Of a stretch of DNA of 64,000 nucleotides, positions 29,249 to 41,265 are shown piece by piece. The translations under genes were made by a program, and so were the position numbers. This DNA comes from a virus, in IMG/VR virus record IMGVR_UViG_3300029787_000005, positions 32,001 through 96,000 of that record. One strand, given 5' to 3'. The notes under the pieces were generated by a model that made no database searches, was not told the DNA's origin, and worked only from the letters and a program-made list of their open reading frames with translations. Numbering within the stretch: the stretch's first letter is position 1; every line of letters begins with the position of its first letter.

Positions 29249-31018
29249 ATGACAGAAAGAGTATACAAAGAGTTTAATGTTCATAGTGCAGAGCAGCTTA
29301 CTGAGTCTATAACAGAAGCCTCTAACACAATGTACTATGTGTTTAGTACAAAGCATACTGCATATAGTGAAAGTAGTACACCAACTCCTAATGCATCTAT
29401 TGCTAACTCATTATTCCAAACATATGATGAAATGTTATTTGGTAAACTTGTTACATCTAATGACATATCACAAGCAATATACAATAATGCATGGTCAAAT
29501 GGTACAATATACTACGCATATGATGATCAAGATGCAACATTAAACGATAAAGTTTATTATGTATCAACATCAGAAGGATCTGATTATCACGTATGGAAAT
29601 GTATAGATAACAATGGAAATAGTGTTTCAAACTCACAACCATTGTTTTCTGATGTTTCGTCTTCATTAAGTTCATTGTATTTAAAGACTGCTACTGATGG
29701 ATATCAGTGGAGATTTATGTATACAATACCAGCTGCTACATATACTAAATTTACATCAAACAATTATATTCCTGTTGTAGCTCATGCAAATGCATCTGGT
29801 AATGCAATCAATGGTGCGTTAGATGCATTCGTTGTATCCAATAGTGGCAACAACTACAATGAGTTTGCAAATGGATCTGTAGTATTAGGTACTAATGGTA
29901 TGTTGTTTACCATTAACTCTACTTCATTTACTTTATCAGGTAACAATGATTTCTACAACAACTGTTCAATATATTTTACAGCTGGTACATCAAATGGTGA
30001 AATAAGAGAGATCACAGATTATGTTTCAAACTCTACTGGTAAGTTTGTAACGGTCAATACTGCATTTTCATCTACACCAGATAGTACTTCTAAGTTTGAA
30101 ATCACACCTACAGTTAGAATAAAAGGTGATGGTTCAAATGCAATTGCTAGAGCACTAATCAATACAAGCACAAATACAGTTGCAAACATTCAAGTATTGC
30201 AACGAGGTTCTAAGTACACGTATGCTGATGTAACTATTGAAGCAAATAATATGGCTTCAGCAAATCTTGCAGTTGTTAGAGCAGTGATAGGTCCTTTTGG
30301 TGGACACGCACATAATCCAGCATCAGAGTTGGATGGTAGATATGTTATTATATCTACAAACTTTGCTAACAATGAATCAACTAATATTCAAACAGATAAT
30401 GACTTTAGAACAATAGGTCTAATTAAAGATCCGTTCTATGCAAATACAAGAATAACAATTGATGCTCCAACAGCTAACTTCCAAGTTGATGAAACAGTAA
30501 CTGATTCTGGCACTGGAGCTACTGGTACATTAGTTGCATCTAACACTACAACAGTTAACTTAACTAATGCATCAGGTATTTTCTTATTGTCATCTAATGT
30601 CACAGGAAGTATAACAGGAGCAACTGCAAACGTAACTGCTGTAAGAGTAAATGATTCAGACTCTGGTAGAGCCAACTATCACTACTTTCAACAAACAACT
30701 AAATTTGAACACAACTTAGTATCTGGTTCTGTATTCACTGAAGATGAAGCTGTATCACAAGCTACCAGTGGAGCAAATGGAGTTGTATATCAAAGTAACA
30801 CTACACACACTTCTTTGACAACAGTCCGCGGAGACTTTGAAGCAGCCAACAGCTATATAGTTACTGGAGGTACTTCATCGCAAACAGCTAGATTCAAGTC
30901 TACAATACCTGGTGATCTTGTGAGAGGATCTGGAGAGGTATTATTTCTCAAGAATATAGAAGCTGTGTCGAGATCAAACACTTTAACCGAAACAGTCAAA
31001 CTCGTGTTAAAATTTTAG
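29249..31018 (+). CDS. gp8: Baseplate wedge subunit gp8
   Basis: W..GT.Y..YDD, VWKCIDN, DGYQWRFMYTI, GGH..NP..EL, DFRTIGLIKDP and C-terminal ETVKLVLKF. Confidence 0.85.
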   Translation: MTERVYKEFNVHSAEQLTESITEASNTMYYVFSTKHTAYSESSTPTPNASIANSLFQTYDEMLFGKLVTSNDISQAIYNNAWSNGTIYYAYDDQDATLNDKVYYVSTSEGSDYHVWKCIDNNGNSVSNSQPLFSDVSSSLSSLYLKTATDGYQWRFMYTIPAATYTKFTSNNYIPVVAHANASGNAINGALDAFVVSNSGNNYNEFANGSVVLGTNGMLFTINSTSFTLSGNNDFYNNCSIYFTAGTSNGEIREITDYVSNSTGKFVTVNTAFSSTPDSTSKFEITPTVRIKGDGSNAIARALINTSTNTVANIQVLQRGSKYTYADVTIEANNMASANLAVVRAVIGPFGGHAHNPASELDGRYVIISTNFANNESTNIQTDNDFRTIGLIKDPFYANTRITIDAPTANFQVDETVTDSGTGATGTLVASNTTTVNLTNASGIFLLSSNVTGSITGATANVTAVRVNDSDSGRANYHYFQQTTKFEHNLVSGSVFTEDEAVSQATSGANGVVYQSNTTHTSLTTVRGDFEAANSYIVTGGTSSQTARFKSTIPGDLVRGSGEVLFLKNIEAVSRSNTLTETVKLVLKF

Positions 31019-31027
31019 AGGAACGAG

Positions 31028-34000
31028 ATGTCTAAAACCCTTGATACTAACTTAAACGTAAGTCCGTACTTTGACGACTACGATGTTGATTCACAACATC
31101 ACAGAGTATTGTTCAAACCTTCTGTTCCTATTCAGGCAAGAGAGTTAACACAACTTCAAAGTATACTACAGAACCAAATTGAAAAGTTTGGTGATGTTGT
31201 TGTTAAAGAAGGATCAATTGTTGAGGGTTGTTCCTTTAACATAAAAAACACAGAATATGTAAAACTACTTGATAGAGACACCGGCGCAGCATTGTATACT
31301 GTTTCTGAATTTGCTAATGGTTTCTTACAACACGAATCATCTAACTTAATTATGCAAACTATTGATTCATCAGCTGGTTTTGAAATAACAAACCCTGATT
31401 TGAATACATTGTACGGTAAATATGTCAATAGTGGTAACTCTAGTGGTACAGATAAACTTAGGTTTGTTGCTGGTGAAACATTAAAGTTCTATCCAGCTAA
31501 TGGACAGATATCAAATACATTTACTATCAATGACGGTGGATCGGCTTTTACTAATGGTGACACTCTTATCTTTACAGCTACTCGTGGTATTAACGCTAGT
31601 GCTAATGTAACAACAAACAGCACTGGTGGCATTACAGCAGTATCATTAATTAAAGCAGGACAAGATTTCAAAATCAATGATGTACCTGTCATTACATTCA
31701 GCACAGCTGGCGGTACTGGTGCTAATGTTACTTGTACAATTAACTCAACAGCTTCGTTTGAGATTGCTGGATTGGGATTTACAGTATCTGGTAACACAGA
31801 GTTTGATCCAGTTGGACAAACAAAACGTGTTAATGTCTCTGATGGTACGATATATCAAAAAGGTCATTTTGTTGAGGTAGACCAACAAGGTGTCAATGTA
31901 CTAAGATACAATTCAAATCCAAACAATATGTCAGTTGGATTCATTACTGCTGAAACTATTGTAAACAGTTCATCAAACACATCACTATTAGACAACTCTT
32001 CTGGTTTCAATAACGAGAATGCTCCTGGTGCAGATAGACTTAAATTAACACCAACGCTTATTAGTAAAACTAAAGCTGAAGGTGTAAGTTCTAATAACTT
32101 CTTAGCTCTTATTAAATTTGAAAATGGTGAACCAATCACACTCAAAGAAGAAACACAATTTTCAGAGCTAGGTGAGGAATTAGCTAAACGTACATTTGAA
32201 GAAAGTGGTGACTATGTTGTCAAACCATTCTCTTTCCACACAGAAGATGATACAGGTAATACAACATTTGATACTATTGTTATTGGTGCTGGTAAAGCAT
32301 TTGTCAAAGGATTTAGAAACGAAACTATTGGTGCTTCAAGAACACAAATAAGAAAAGGCACAACAACTGCTAATGTTGAAAATGCTACAATAAGTCAAAA
32401 CTATGGTAACTATATCATTGTTGATGAATACTTAGGTAGCTTTGATTTCAATACTGGTGCTGCAATCAAATTACTTGATACAGCTGGTAATAGAATATCA
32501 ACGTGTCCAGCAGGTTCTGCAGAGACAGTTCCATCTACAAACACTGCAACAGCTGTTTCAGCATCAGCTCCAACATATTCTGGTACCATCATTGGTAATG
32601 CAAGAGTAAGATCTGTTGTTTATCACGATGGTGTTGGTGGTAAAGAAGACGGAAAGTATAGGTTATATCTATTTGATATTGTAATGAACCAAGGTAAAAA
32701 CTTTGCAGACGTAAGAGCTGCTTCTTATTTTACCGGTGCAGATGCTGGTGTAGGTTTTGCTGATGTGGTATTAAACAACGGTAGAGCTGTACTCAATGAT
32801 ACAAACCTAAGAAAATTTGTAGTACCTACTGGTGTGAAAGGTATCAAAACTTTCAATCATAAGACATTAGCTGAGTCGTCATACACATATAGAACAATAT
32901 CAACTGGTACTGCTGCAACTAATGGTACCATAGTTATTACATTAACAGGTAACCAAGTCTTTGACTATACTGGTGGTTCAACTCTATCTACTGATCAAGA
33001 AAAAGATTTTGTTATTGTAGCTAACAATACATCTGCTCAGACAGCAACATTAACTGGAACTGTAACTACAACTACTTCTAATGTTGTTACTGGTAGTAGT
33101 ACTACATTTACTACTGACTTTCAAGTTGGTGATACAATAAGAGTTACTGGATCAGAAGATGAAGTTATCACAGGTATAACAAACTCTACACATTTAACAA
33201 CAAGAGCAGCTTTCTCAACTGCTGTTAGTGGTGCTGCATATAGACGATTATATGTTGCAGATAAAGTTATTCATTTGGATGATGTATCCGGAAACACAGG
33301 TTCAAATGTTACAATCAGTACAGACCAGAAGTCTGCTACTATCAATATGTCAAGAGGTTCAACTCTTGAGTCTACATTTGCTTTACATATAACTCATAAC
33401 ATTACAAAAAGACAATCAGCTCAGAAGAATAAACTTCTATCGGCTAATACTTATGTAAAAATTAACTGTGCAACCAACGCAGATACATCTGTAGGACCTT
33501 GGTGCTTAGGAGCTCCAGACGTTCTTAATCTACAAAAAGTATATGTTCAATATAATAACTTTACAAGTATTGAAGCTGCAGGTAATGATAAGACTGAACA
33601 CTTTGAGTTGTTACCAAACCAGAAAGATGGATTCTATGATCTATCTAAACTGAAACTAAGAACCGATACTCTTGGTGCACCTACGATTAACAGTACAGCA
33701 AGAATACTTGCAGTGTTCAATCACTTTGTAGAAAGTGGTAGTGGTTTTGGTTATGCTACTGTAGATAGTTATCCTGTTGATGATGACACAGCAACATTAC
33801 CAGCTGATAAGATGAGAACAGAACGTATTCCAATCTACACATCTCCACAGGATGGTCAATCAATTGATCTTAGAGATGCTGTAGACTTTAGACCATATGC
33901 TGCTAACACAGCCAATACAACTAATGCATTGACTGCTGGAGCTGCAACTACAAACCCAGCTAAAACAGTTTCATTTAGTGGTGAGCAATATCTAGCTGCT

Positions 34001-37000
34001 CCTGGTAAGTCAATGGCTGTTGACTACGAACATTACCTACCAAGGATTGATAAACTTATGATGGACACTCAAGGAGTGTTCAGTACAACTGAAGGTGCAT
34101 CAAATATAAGACCTGTACCTCCTCAAGACTCTGCAACAGCTATGACTGTTGGATTGATTACTGTACCTGTCTTTCCATCACTAGCAAGTCTACAAGCTGC
34201 TCGTTCAGGTCGACCAGACTATGCATATCAAATCTTGAGTAAACAGCAACGTAACTTCACAATGAAAGACATTGGTCAGATCAAAAATGAAGTTAGAAAG
34301 ATACAATACTACACATCTCTTAACTTACTAGAGAAACAAGCTATTGATCTTACTATTCCATCATCTGCAAATGCTTCATTAGAGAGATTCAAAAACGGAA
34401 TACTTGTTGATAACTTTGTTGATCAAACTGTAGCTGACATTGGAAACAGAGAATTCAAAGCTGGTTACGATAAAGTAAACTCTGTATTGACTTCAAGACA
34501 AAAGAATAATGTGATTGATATCACACCAAATGCATATTCCAATACAGTAAAAACTGGTGATCTAATCACTCTTACATATGATGCTGTAGCTGAATATGAT
34601 CAGAGGTCTGCTACAAGAACAAGAAACCTAGCTGAGTTGTTCTGGAATTATTCTGGTATTGTAAACGTATTTCCAAATTATGATAACTTTCACGACATCA
34701 GACATCCGCCTTCAAATGACTTTCATGTTGAGTTAGACTTAACACAAGGTACACGATCGTTGTTGAATAGTATACGAGACCTTGAAGCAATTCAAGAACC
34801 TCGTAGTGAAGTTATTGGTGATACATCAGCAACTAACTTTCTTGGAGCTACACAAAGTTCTGTAGTTAACCAAGTAAGAAGTCCTGTTCCTGGTGGTAGT
34901 GTTTCAAGAAATGATACAACTACAACAACAGTAAACAACTTTGAAACCATTAGAACTATCAGACGACAGCAAAGTGAAAACCAGTTTCAAACACAAGACA
35001 TTGTTAATACACAAACTGTTGGTGAGTTTGTAAGAGACATATCTTTCAATCCATTCATTAGAGAACAGTTGTTATATCTACATGCATTTGGATTAAAACC
35101 AAATACAAGACACTACATATACTTTGACTCTAAAGCAGTCAGTACTCAATGTCAACCAGCTACAGTAAATGTTGGTGATGCTATAAATGAGTCTAACTTT
35201 AGAACAACTGGTGCTGTAGGTGATGCAATAAGATCAAATGAATCTGGTGAGGTGTTTGCGGTATTTCATCTTCCAGCAGAAACATATCCAGTTGGTGAAA
35301 GACAAGTCAACGTTTCTGATCAAGCAACAGTTGCTGCTGCTTTTGATACTGGATCACAGGCTGGTGGGGTATTCAATGCATATAACTTTGGTATTGATAA
35401 GTCTAGCATACAATTGACAACAAGACAACTAGGTGTTACAAGATCAAGAGTTGTAACTGGTGAAACAGTTGAAACACAAGCTACTAGATCAAGAAGAACA
35501 GAAACAAATACAATTCCTGGTCCAGGTACATTTGTTGCTAATCCTCCTGCAGCTGCAGTTCCTCCTGCAATTATTACAACACCTCCTCCTACTGCAGCTC
35601 CAGAAGATGATGGAGATGGCGACGGTGATGGAGATCCTTTAGCACAAACATTTATAGTTAAGAATGTTAATACAACCACAGGTCAATTTATCACTAAGAT
35701 GGATATCTTCTTTGAAAGTAAAGATCCAGTACTTGGTGTGTTGTTACAGATAAGAACAGTTGAGAATGGTTTTCCATCATCTCACGTTATGCCTAATGGT
35801 GAAGTACATCTAAGGTCAGCTGATGTTAATGTAAGTACTGATGGAACAACAGCAACAACATTTACATTCCCCGCTCCAGTATTCTTGAGAAGTGGATTAG
35901 AGTATTGCTTTGTATTGAAACCTGATGCAAACAATCCAAACTACAACATCTATGTTAGAAAGACTGGTGATACAGATATCACTACAAATACTATAATAAA
36001 CCAAGATAACTTTGAAGGTCTTATGTTCTTATCTACAAACAACAGAGCATGGAGACCATATCAACAAGAAGATGTTAAGTTTACAATCTATAGAGCTGAG
36101 TTCAATGCATCTGATGGTAGTGTTGATTATCAGAATGCTGATCATGAATTCTTTACATTGGAAAGTGTCAATGGTACATTTGAACAAGGTGAGAGAGCAT
36201 TTGTATACAATAATGCAGCAAACATTACTGGTAATGTTGCATTTTCAACAACCAGCGAAACAGTTACTGGCACAGGTTCGACATTCACATCAGACCTTGC
36301 AGTAGGACAGTTTGTTGCTCTGACTAATGGTACATCTCACTCAGTTAGAGAGGTGACGGCAATAACAAACAACACCATACTAACTGTACGAGGATTTCCA
36401 GACTTTACGTCATCTCAAGCTGATGTTCAATTGACACCAACTGGTGAAATATTCTATTATGAAAGTACTAATCAGCTTAGAGAGATGCATCTAATCAAGT
36501 CTACTGCTGCTAATGCTACATTCAAATTTGCTAACACAAATAGTATTGTTGGTAGTGAATCTGGTGCAAATGCTACAATCACAGAAGTTGAAAATATTAA
36601 CATGACTGCATTTGATAACATGATATATCAAATCACACCAGCAGATACAGCATTAACTCAATTTCATCAATCAAATACTGCAACTGGACAAACTGCTAAT
36701 ACACAGTTTCCAATCAACAACAGAAATAGATTGACTGAAGTTGCTATAATTAAGAGTAGATCAAATGAGATAGTTGATGGAACAGGTAAGTCATTGAAAC
36801 ATACTTTCTTGTTTAACTCAGCTAAGTCCCATCTATCTCCTGTGCTTGATGATGGTATTAGTAATATACTAAGAGTTGAAAATATAATTAACAACAGTAA
36901 TACTAATGAGCACTTACCATTAACTGGTGATGCAACCGCTAAGTATCTTTCCAAATCTGTTACTTTGGATGAAGGATTAGATGCTGAAGACTTGAGAGTG

Positions 37001-37597
37001 TTTGTTACAGCTACCAAACCTGGTTCAGCTGATGTTGAAATATATGCAAGAATATCTAATGAGTTAGAAGTTGATGACTTTGAGGACAGACATTGGACAA
37101 GGTTACAGCTTGAAGGGTTCAATAAACAATCAGCTCCAGGTTCAATAGATGACTTTGCTGAGTATGAATATAGAATACCCGATACACCTCCATCAACATT
37201 GCTTGTTGGTAAAGGTCTTGCTGATAATGCAAATGCATTGATTGCAACAACTGATGATCAATCTAGTGCACTATCTGCAGGAGACTTGATAAAGATAGTT
37301 AACACAGATGCATCAATAGATTATCAAATTGAAACAGTAACTGCAGTTAACTCTACAGTTGTTACAGTTGGAAATGCAATCAGCTTTGATAACACACAAG
37401 CAGATATACTGAAGGTAGACACGCCTCAGACAGCGTTTAAAGACCCTCAGAACGAGTTCATTGCAACATACTACAATAGTAGTCAGAATAAATTTGATAC
37501 ATTCAAAAACTTTCAGATTAAGATTGTATTGAAGAGTGGTAATGCTGCATTAGCACCAAGGGTAAGGGACTTCAGAGCTCTGGCATTGAGTATTTAA
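31028..37597 (+). CDS. Large virion structural protein, VrlC/DUF4815-like
   Basis: NVSPYFDDY...VLFKP..P.QARELTQLQS.LQNQ, APGADRLK, RTFEESGDY, RFKNG.LVDNF, DPLAQTF and C-terminal PRVRDFRALAL. Confidence 0.85.
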   Translation: MSKTLDTNLNVSPYFDDYDVDSQHHRVLFKPSVPIQARELTQLQSILQNQIEKFGDVVVKEGSIVEGCSFNIKNTEYVKLLDRDTGAALYTVSEFANGFLQHESSNLIMQTIDSSAGFEITNPDLNTLYGKYVNSGNSSGTDKLRFVAGETLKFYPANGQISNTFTINDGGSAFTNGDTLIFTATRGINASANVTTNSTGGITAVSLIKAGQDFKINDVPVITFSTAGGTGANVTCTINSTASFEIAGLGFTVSGNTEFDPVGQTKRVNVSDGTIYQKGHFVEVDQQGVNVLRYNSNPNNMSVGFITAETIVNSSSNTSLLDNSSGFNNENAPGADRLKLTPTLISKTKAEGVSSNNFLALIKFENGEPITLKEETQFSELGEELAKRTFEESGDYVVKPFSFHTEDDTGNTTFDTIVIGAGKAFVKGFRNETIGASRTQIRKGTTTANVENATISQNYGNYIIVDEYLGSFDFNTGAAIKLLDTAGNRISTCPAGSAETVPSTNTATAVSASAPTYSGTIIGNARVRSVVYHDGVGGKEDGKYRLYLFDIVMNQGKNFADVRAASYFTGADAGVGFADVVLNNGRAVLNDTNLRKFVVPTGVKGIKTFNHKTLAESSYTYRTISTGTAATNGTIVITLTGNQVFDYTGGSTLSTDQEKDFVIVANNTSAQTATLTGTVTTTTSNVVTGSSTTFTTDFQVGDTIRVTGSEDEVITGITNSTHLTTRAAFSTAVSGAAYRRLYVADKVIHLDDVSGNTGSNVTISTDQKSATINMSRGSTLESTFALHITHNITKRQSAQKNKLLSANTYVKINCATNADTSVGPWCLGAPDVLNLQKVYVQYNNFTSIEAAGNDKTEHFELLPNQKDGFYDLSKLKLRTDTLGAPTINSTARILAVFNHFVESGSGFGYATVDSYPVDDDTATLPADKMRTERIPIYTSPQDGQSIDLRDAVDFRPYAANTANTTNALTAGAATTNPAKTVSFSGEQYLAAPGKSMAVDYEHYLPRIDKLMMDTQGVFSTTEGASNIRPVPPQDSATAMTVGLITVPVFPSLASLQAARSGRPDYAYQILSKQQRNFTMKDIGQIKNEVRKIQYYTSLNLLEKQAIDLTIPSSANASLERFKNGILVDNFVDQTVADIGNREFKAGYDKVNSVLTSRQKNNVIDITPNAYSNTVKTGDLITLTYDAVAEYDQRSATRTRNLAELFWNYSGIVNVFPNYDNFHDIRHPPSNDFHVELDLTQGTRSLLNSIRDLEAIQEPRSEVIGDTSATNFLGATQSSVVNQVRSPVPGGSVSRNDTTTTTVNNFETIRTIRRQQSENQFQTQDIVNTQTVGEFVRDISFNPFIREQLLYLHAFGLKPNTRHYIYFDSKAVSTQCQPATVNVGDAINESNFRTTGAVGDAIRSNESGEVFAVFHLPAETYPVGERQVNVSDQATVAAAFDTGSQAGGVFNAYNFGIDKSSIQLTTRQLGVTRSRVVTGETVETQATRSRRTETNTIPGPGTFVANPPAAAVPPAIITTPPPTAAPEDDGDGDGDGDPLAQTFIVKNVNTTTGQFITKMDIFFESKDPVLGVLLQIRTVENGFPSSHVMPNGEVHLRSADVNVSTDGTTATTFTFPAPVFLRSGLEYCFVLKPDANNPNYNIYVRKTGDTDITTNTIINQDNFEGLMFLSTNNRAWRPYQQEDVKFTIYRAEFNASDGSVDYQNADHEFFTLESVNGTFEQGERAFVYNNAANITGNVAFSTTSETVTGTGSTFTSDLAVGQFVALTNGTSHSVREVTAITNNTILTVRGFPDFTSSQADVQLTPTGEIFYYESTNQLREMHLIKSTAANATFKFANTNSIVGSESGANATITEVENINMTAFDNMIYQITPADTALTQFHQSNTATGQTANTQFPINNRNRLTEVAIIKSRSNEIVDGTGKSLKHTFLFNSAKSHLSPVLDDGISNILRVENIINNSNTNEHLPLTGDATAKYLSKSVTLDEGLDAEDLRVFVTATKPGSADVEIYARISNELEVDDFEDRHWTRLQLEGFNKQSAPGSIDDFAEYEYRIPDTPPSTLLVGKGLADNANALIATTDDQSSALSAGDLIKIVNTDASIDYQIETVTAVNSTVVTVGNAISFDNTQADILKVDTPQTAFKDPQNEFIATYYNSSQNKFDTFKNFQIKIVLKSGNAALAPRVRDFRALALSI

Positions 37598-37598
37598 C

Positions 37599-37814
37599 AT
37601 GTCAGATCAAATACGATATGAAACAGATAACGATTCTTTTGATCGGGATCCTAACTCCATGGCTCTTATAAATACAGATAGGAATGCCTACTCACTCTAT
37701 AAGAGTCGTAGGAAAGACGCGCTTGCAGCAAGACAACTACATAATGATGTAGAAGAACTCAAGTCTGATATTGGTGAGATCAAACGAATGATACAGAATT
37801 TAGCTAGAGGATAG
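37599..37814 (+). CDS. Small conserved protein downstream of the VrlC-like gene
   Basis: RDPNSMALINTD motif and a C-terminal coiled coil. Confidence 0.7.
   Translation: MSDQIRYETDNDSFDRDPNSMALINTDRNAYSLYKSRRKDALAARQLHNDVEELKSDIGEIKRMIQNLARG
37667..37674 (+). promoter_or_regulatory. T4-type late promoter upstream of the fibre locus
   Basis: Exact TATAAATA. Confidence 0.55.
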
Positions 37815-37815
37815 T

Positions 37816-38475
37816 ATGGCAAAAACATCTTACTTAGGAGCTAATATAGCAGTAGCTACTGATACGTTTAGAGAATGGGTTGAGAGAACTAACCAGCTCG
37901 TATATGATCAAGGAACTATTGTTATAACTGCTGGAGCAGTTGCTCTACCAAATTCAACTAACCATACTATAACATCAGGTAACGGTCATGTCAACGGTAT
38001 CTTTTCTGCAAATACATTAGTAGCAAAAGATAATATAAGAGGTGGTACAGTACAAACTGCTGCTGCCATGACTCTTGCATCTAATCTTCATGCATCTGCA
38101 AATATCACTCATGATATTGGTACACCAACAATGCAGTTTGGAAATGGATACTTTAAGAATGTATTAGCATCAGGAGATGTTGAAGCTAGTTATTCTTCTG
38201 ACATTGCTTTGAAAACTGATCTACAAAAAATGGAAAATGCAGTAGAGGTATGTAGAAACCTTAATGGCTATATGTTTAAATGGAAGACAGATGATCAAAA
38301 GAATGGTCAGACTGATCTAGGTGTTATTGCTCAAGAGATAGAAGCTGAATTACCATTTCTTGTATCAACAAATGGAAATGGAAACAAGGCTGTTAAATAC
38401 CAGTCGCTCATTCCTCTGTTAATAGAAGCTGTAAAAGAGCTTGACAAGAGAGTTGAAGAATTGGAGAAAGACTAA
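37816..38475 (+). CDS. Short fibre protein with C-terminal intramolecular chaperone (peptidase S74) domain
   Basis: DTFREWVERTN N-terminal motif; SDIALKTD cleavage-type motif, GVIAQE and LIPLLIEAVKEL. Confidence 0.85.
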   Translation: MAKTSYLGANIAVATDTFREWVERTNQLVYDQGTIVITAGAVALPNSTNHTITSGNGHVNGIFSANTLVAKDNIRGGTVQTAAAMTLASNLHASANITHDIGTPTMQFGNGYFKNVLASGDVEASYSSDIALKTDLQKMENAVEVCRNLNGYMFKWKTDDQKNGQTDLGVIAQEIEAELPFLVSTNGNGNKAVKYQSLIPLLIEAVKELDKRVEELEKD

Positions 38476-38768
38476 TGCCATTAAAAGTTAACGGTGTTAC
38501 GATTGTTAACAGCACAGCCAATGTGCAAACATCTACACTGCCGGATACAGGCATATCAACAGGCAACTTTGGAAACACGACCTTTGCTGTCACGGCAAAT
38601 GTAACTAGTAGAGGACTTGTTAATGCTATAAGTGTAGCAGCCATTACAAAGACATCACGTAACTTTGAAGCTGCATCTAATAATGATTCCGAGTATGTTG
38701 TCTACGTTAGTACATCGACACCTTCTGGTGGCGCTAATGGAGATATCTGGTACCAGACATTTAGTTGA
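38475..38768 (+). CDS. Small fibre-associated protein
   Basis: 97 aa ending in PSGGANGDIWYQ, a motif common in phage fibre proteins. Confidence 0.6.
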   Translation: MPLKVNGVTIVNSTANVQTSTLPDTGISTGNFGNTTFAVTANVTSRGLVNAISVAAITKTSRNFEAASNNDSEYVVYVSTSTPSGGANGDIWYQTFS

Positions 38769-38782
38769 GGCATATATAAAGT

Positions 38783-41265
38783 ATGTCTTACTCTAATCGA
38801 CTTTACGCAAAAGAATATGCTGGAGGGGATCGAACCTTTGAGGTTTCGTATACTGGTACTGGTACCAGGACTCCTTACATCGTATACACGAATGCGTTCC
38901 ATGGATTCTATAATGGATTCGAGGGAGTCTATACTAATAGTAGGACATCAACTCTTGCATGGCAAACAAACTTTGCTGGAGCATACACAGCTTCATATGA
39001 AGGCTTTGTAAACTATAATTCAGACGATACAGATACTTACTCAAAAGCATATACATCATTAAAGAACTTTACTGGTCAATTAGGATACAGAAAAGACTAT
39101 TCAGCCACAGGTAATCAACCAGATAATATCTGGTCTACAATGAACATCTTGGCTAACTACAGTGGTACATATAGTACTGATATTGCATACAGCCGTGTTG
39201 TTGGTTATGTTGGCGATGGAAACTATGATGGTGCAGCATATACAGCTACATGGGTTGGAGAGCTAGCATACACACCAACATATAGTGGATTTGTTGGCTT
39301 TGCTTCATATACAAAAACATATGAAGGTTCAACAACATATACCAAAACATACACTAAGACATATGTTGGTAACACAATATACCAAGCTGAGTGGCAGAGA
39401 GACTACTTAAAAGCATATGGTGGTACAGCAACCTATACAAAAGCGTATACTGTTGATGTAAACTACGACAAAGATTATTCTGCTGGTGCATGGGTAGGAG
39501 CAGACAGTTTCGTAGTTTATAGTAAAGACTATGGTGGTGCAATAACATATCTTGATTCTACTGGTGCTGGTTTCACAGGGTTTGTTAACTACACCAAGGG
39601 TTATCAGGCTACACAATTCTATACAAAGACATATGTTGGTACAGTAGATTATAACAAAAACTATGTTGGTGCTGCTGATTACACTAAGGCATACACTGGC
39701 CGTGCTTCATACATGGCTGAAGAGAACTTCAATAAAAACTATACAAAAGCATATACAACAGTAGCTGACTTTACAAGAGTGTGGTCTGGTGGCTTGTCAT
39801 ATCTTGGTAACGTAAACTATGATGGACTAACATACACAGGCACATATGCTGGTGATACAAACTATCAAACTCTTGTATACTATGTTGGAACATCTGACTA
39901 TGTTGGTACATATGAAGGTCTGGCAGACAATTCATATCTTGGTTCTGCATTTGTTGGTGTATATGAAAAAGATTACATTGGTAACTATTTTAGAATATAC
40001 ACTAAGATCTGGCAAAAAGATTATGTAACAGATTACAACAAGAACTATGTAAAAACTTATACTAAAAGATATGAAAAGTTATATGTTGGTGATTACGTTG
40101 CTGCATATCGGACATCATATCACAAAGATTATGATAAAGTCTATTCTAAAATATGGACAAAAGCATACGAAGTTCCATATACCAAGATTTATTCTAAAGA
40201 TTGGGAAAAGACATATACCAAAATCTATACAAAAGTTTGGACAAAAGACTACCTTGAAGATTATGGCAAAGCATGGCTTGGCATATACAACAAAGATTAT
40301 ATCAAACTATACAACAAAGTATATTCCAAAGATTGGGTTAAAGATTACGGAAAAGCATATGTAGGTCCAGTCTACTATGGAGGATTTGCATCCGGTTCTC
40401 AAACAACTGCATACAATAAAGTTTGGCAGAAAGCATATACAGCTGATTATACAAAAGATTGGGAAAAGGCATATGTCAAATCCTACGAAGGTAGCTTTGA
40501 TGCAACATATACTAAAAACTGGTTAACAGATTATGCAGCAGACTATTCCAAAGACTGGGTTAAAGCATATGCTAAAGACTATGATAAAGTTTGGAATGCT
40601 ACTTACGAAAAAGATTATGGCGCCGACTATACCAAGATATGGACTAAGAACTATGATGAGTCTTGGGCCAAGGAATGGGAAAAAGATTACGGCAAGACAT
40701 ATACAAAAATCTGGACTAAGATTTGGCAGAAAGATTATGTTACAGATTATGAAAAAGACTATGGTAAGACATATACCACTGACTATCTAAAAGACTATGT
40801 TGCAACATACAACAAAGATTATGTTGCAAACTATGATCAAATATATCTTAAAAATTGGTCTAAAGACTATGCAGAAGACTATACTAAGATATGGGAAAAA
40901 GCATACGATGCAGCTTATACTAAGATATGGGTTGGAACGTATGAGAAAAACTGGGTCAAAGCATACGAGAAAAATTATGTCAAGGCTTACATAAAAGCAT
41001 ATGGTAAGACTTGGGAAAAAGACTATGTCACAGATTATGATAAAGTCTATACAAAAGCATACAACAAAGGTTATGTCAAAGCATACACTGCTGCATATAC
41101 TAAGATCTGGAATAGAGATTGGGTCAAAGCATATGCTAAGGTTTGGCTTGGTGAGTATACAAAAATTTGGGATAGAAATTGGGAAAAAGACTATTCCAAG
41201 GCATATGAAAAAGCATGGGTTGGTGTATACAGCAAAGACTATGTTACATCTTACCATGTTCCATA
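38783..41265 (+). repeat. Tetrapeptide (12-nt period) [Y/W/F]-x-K-x array 1
   Basis: e.g. YTKIWQKDYVTDYNKNYVKTYTKR; the first ~380 aa are degenerate. Confidence 0.85.

Noticed and set aside
35545-35640. Pro/Ala-rich and DGDGDG low-complexity stretch in the VrlC-like gene
   Set aside because: A variable linker just before the conserved DPLAQTF motif; such linkers are usual in this family.
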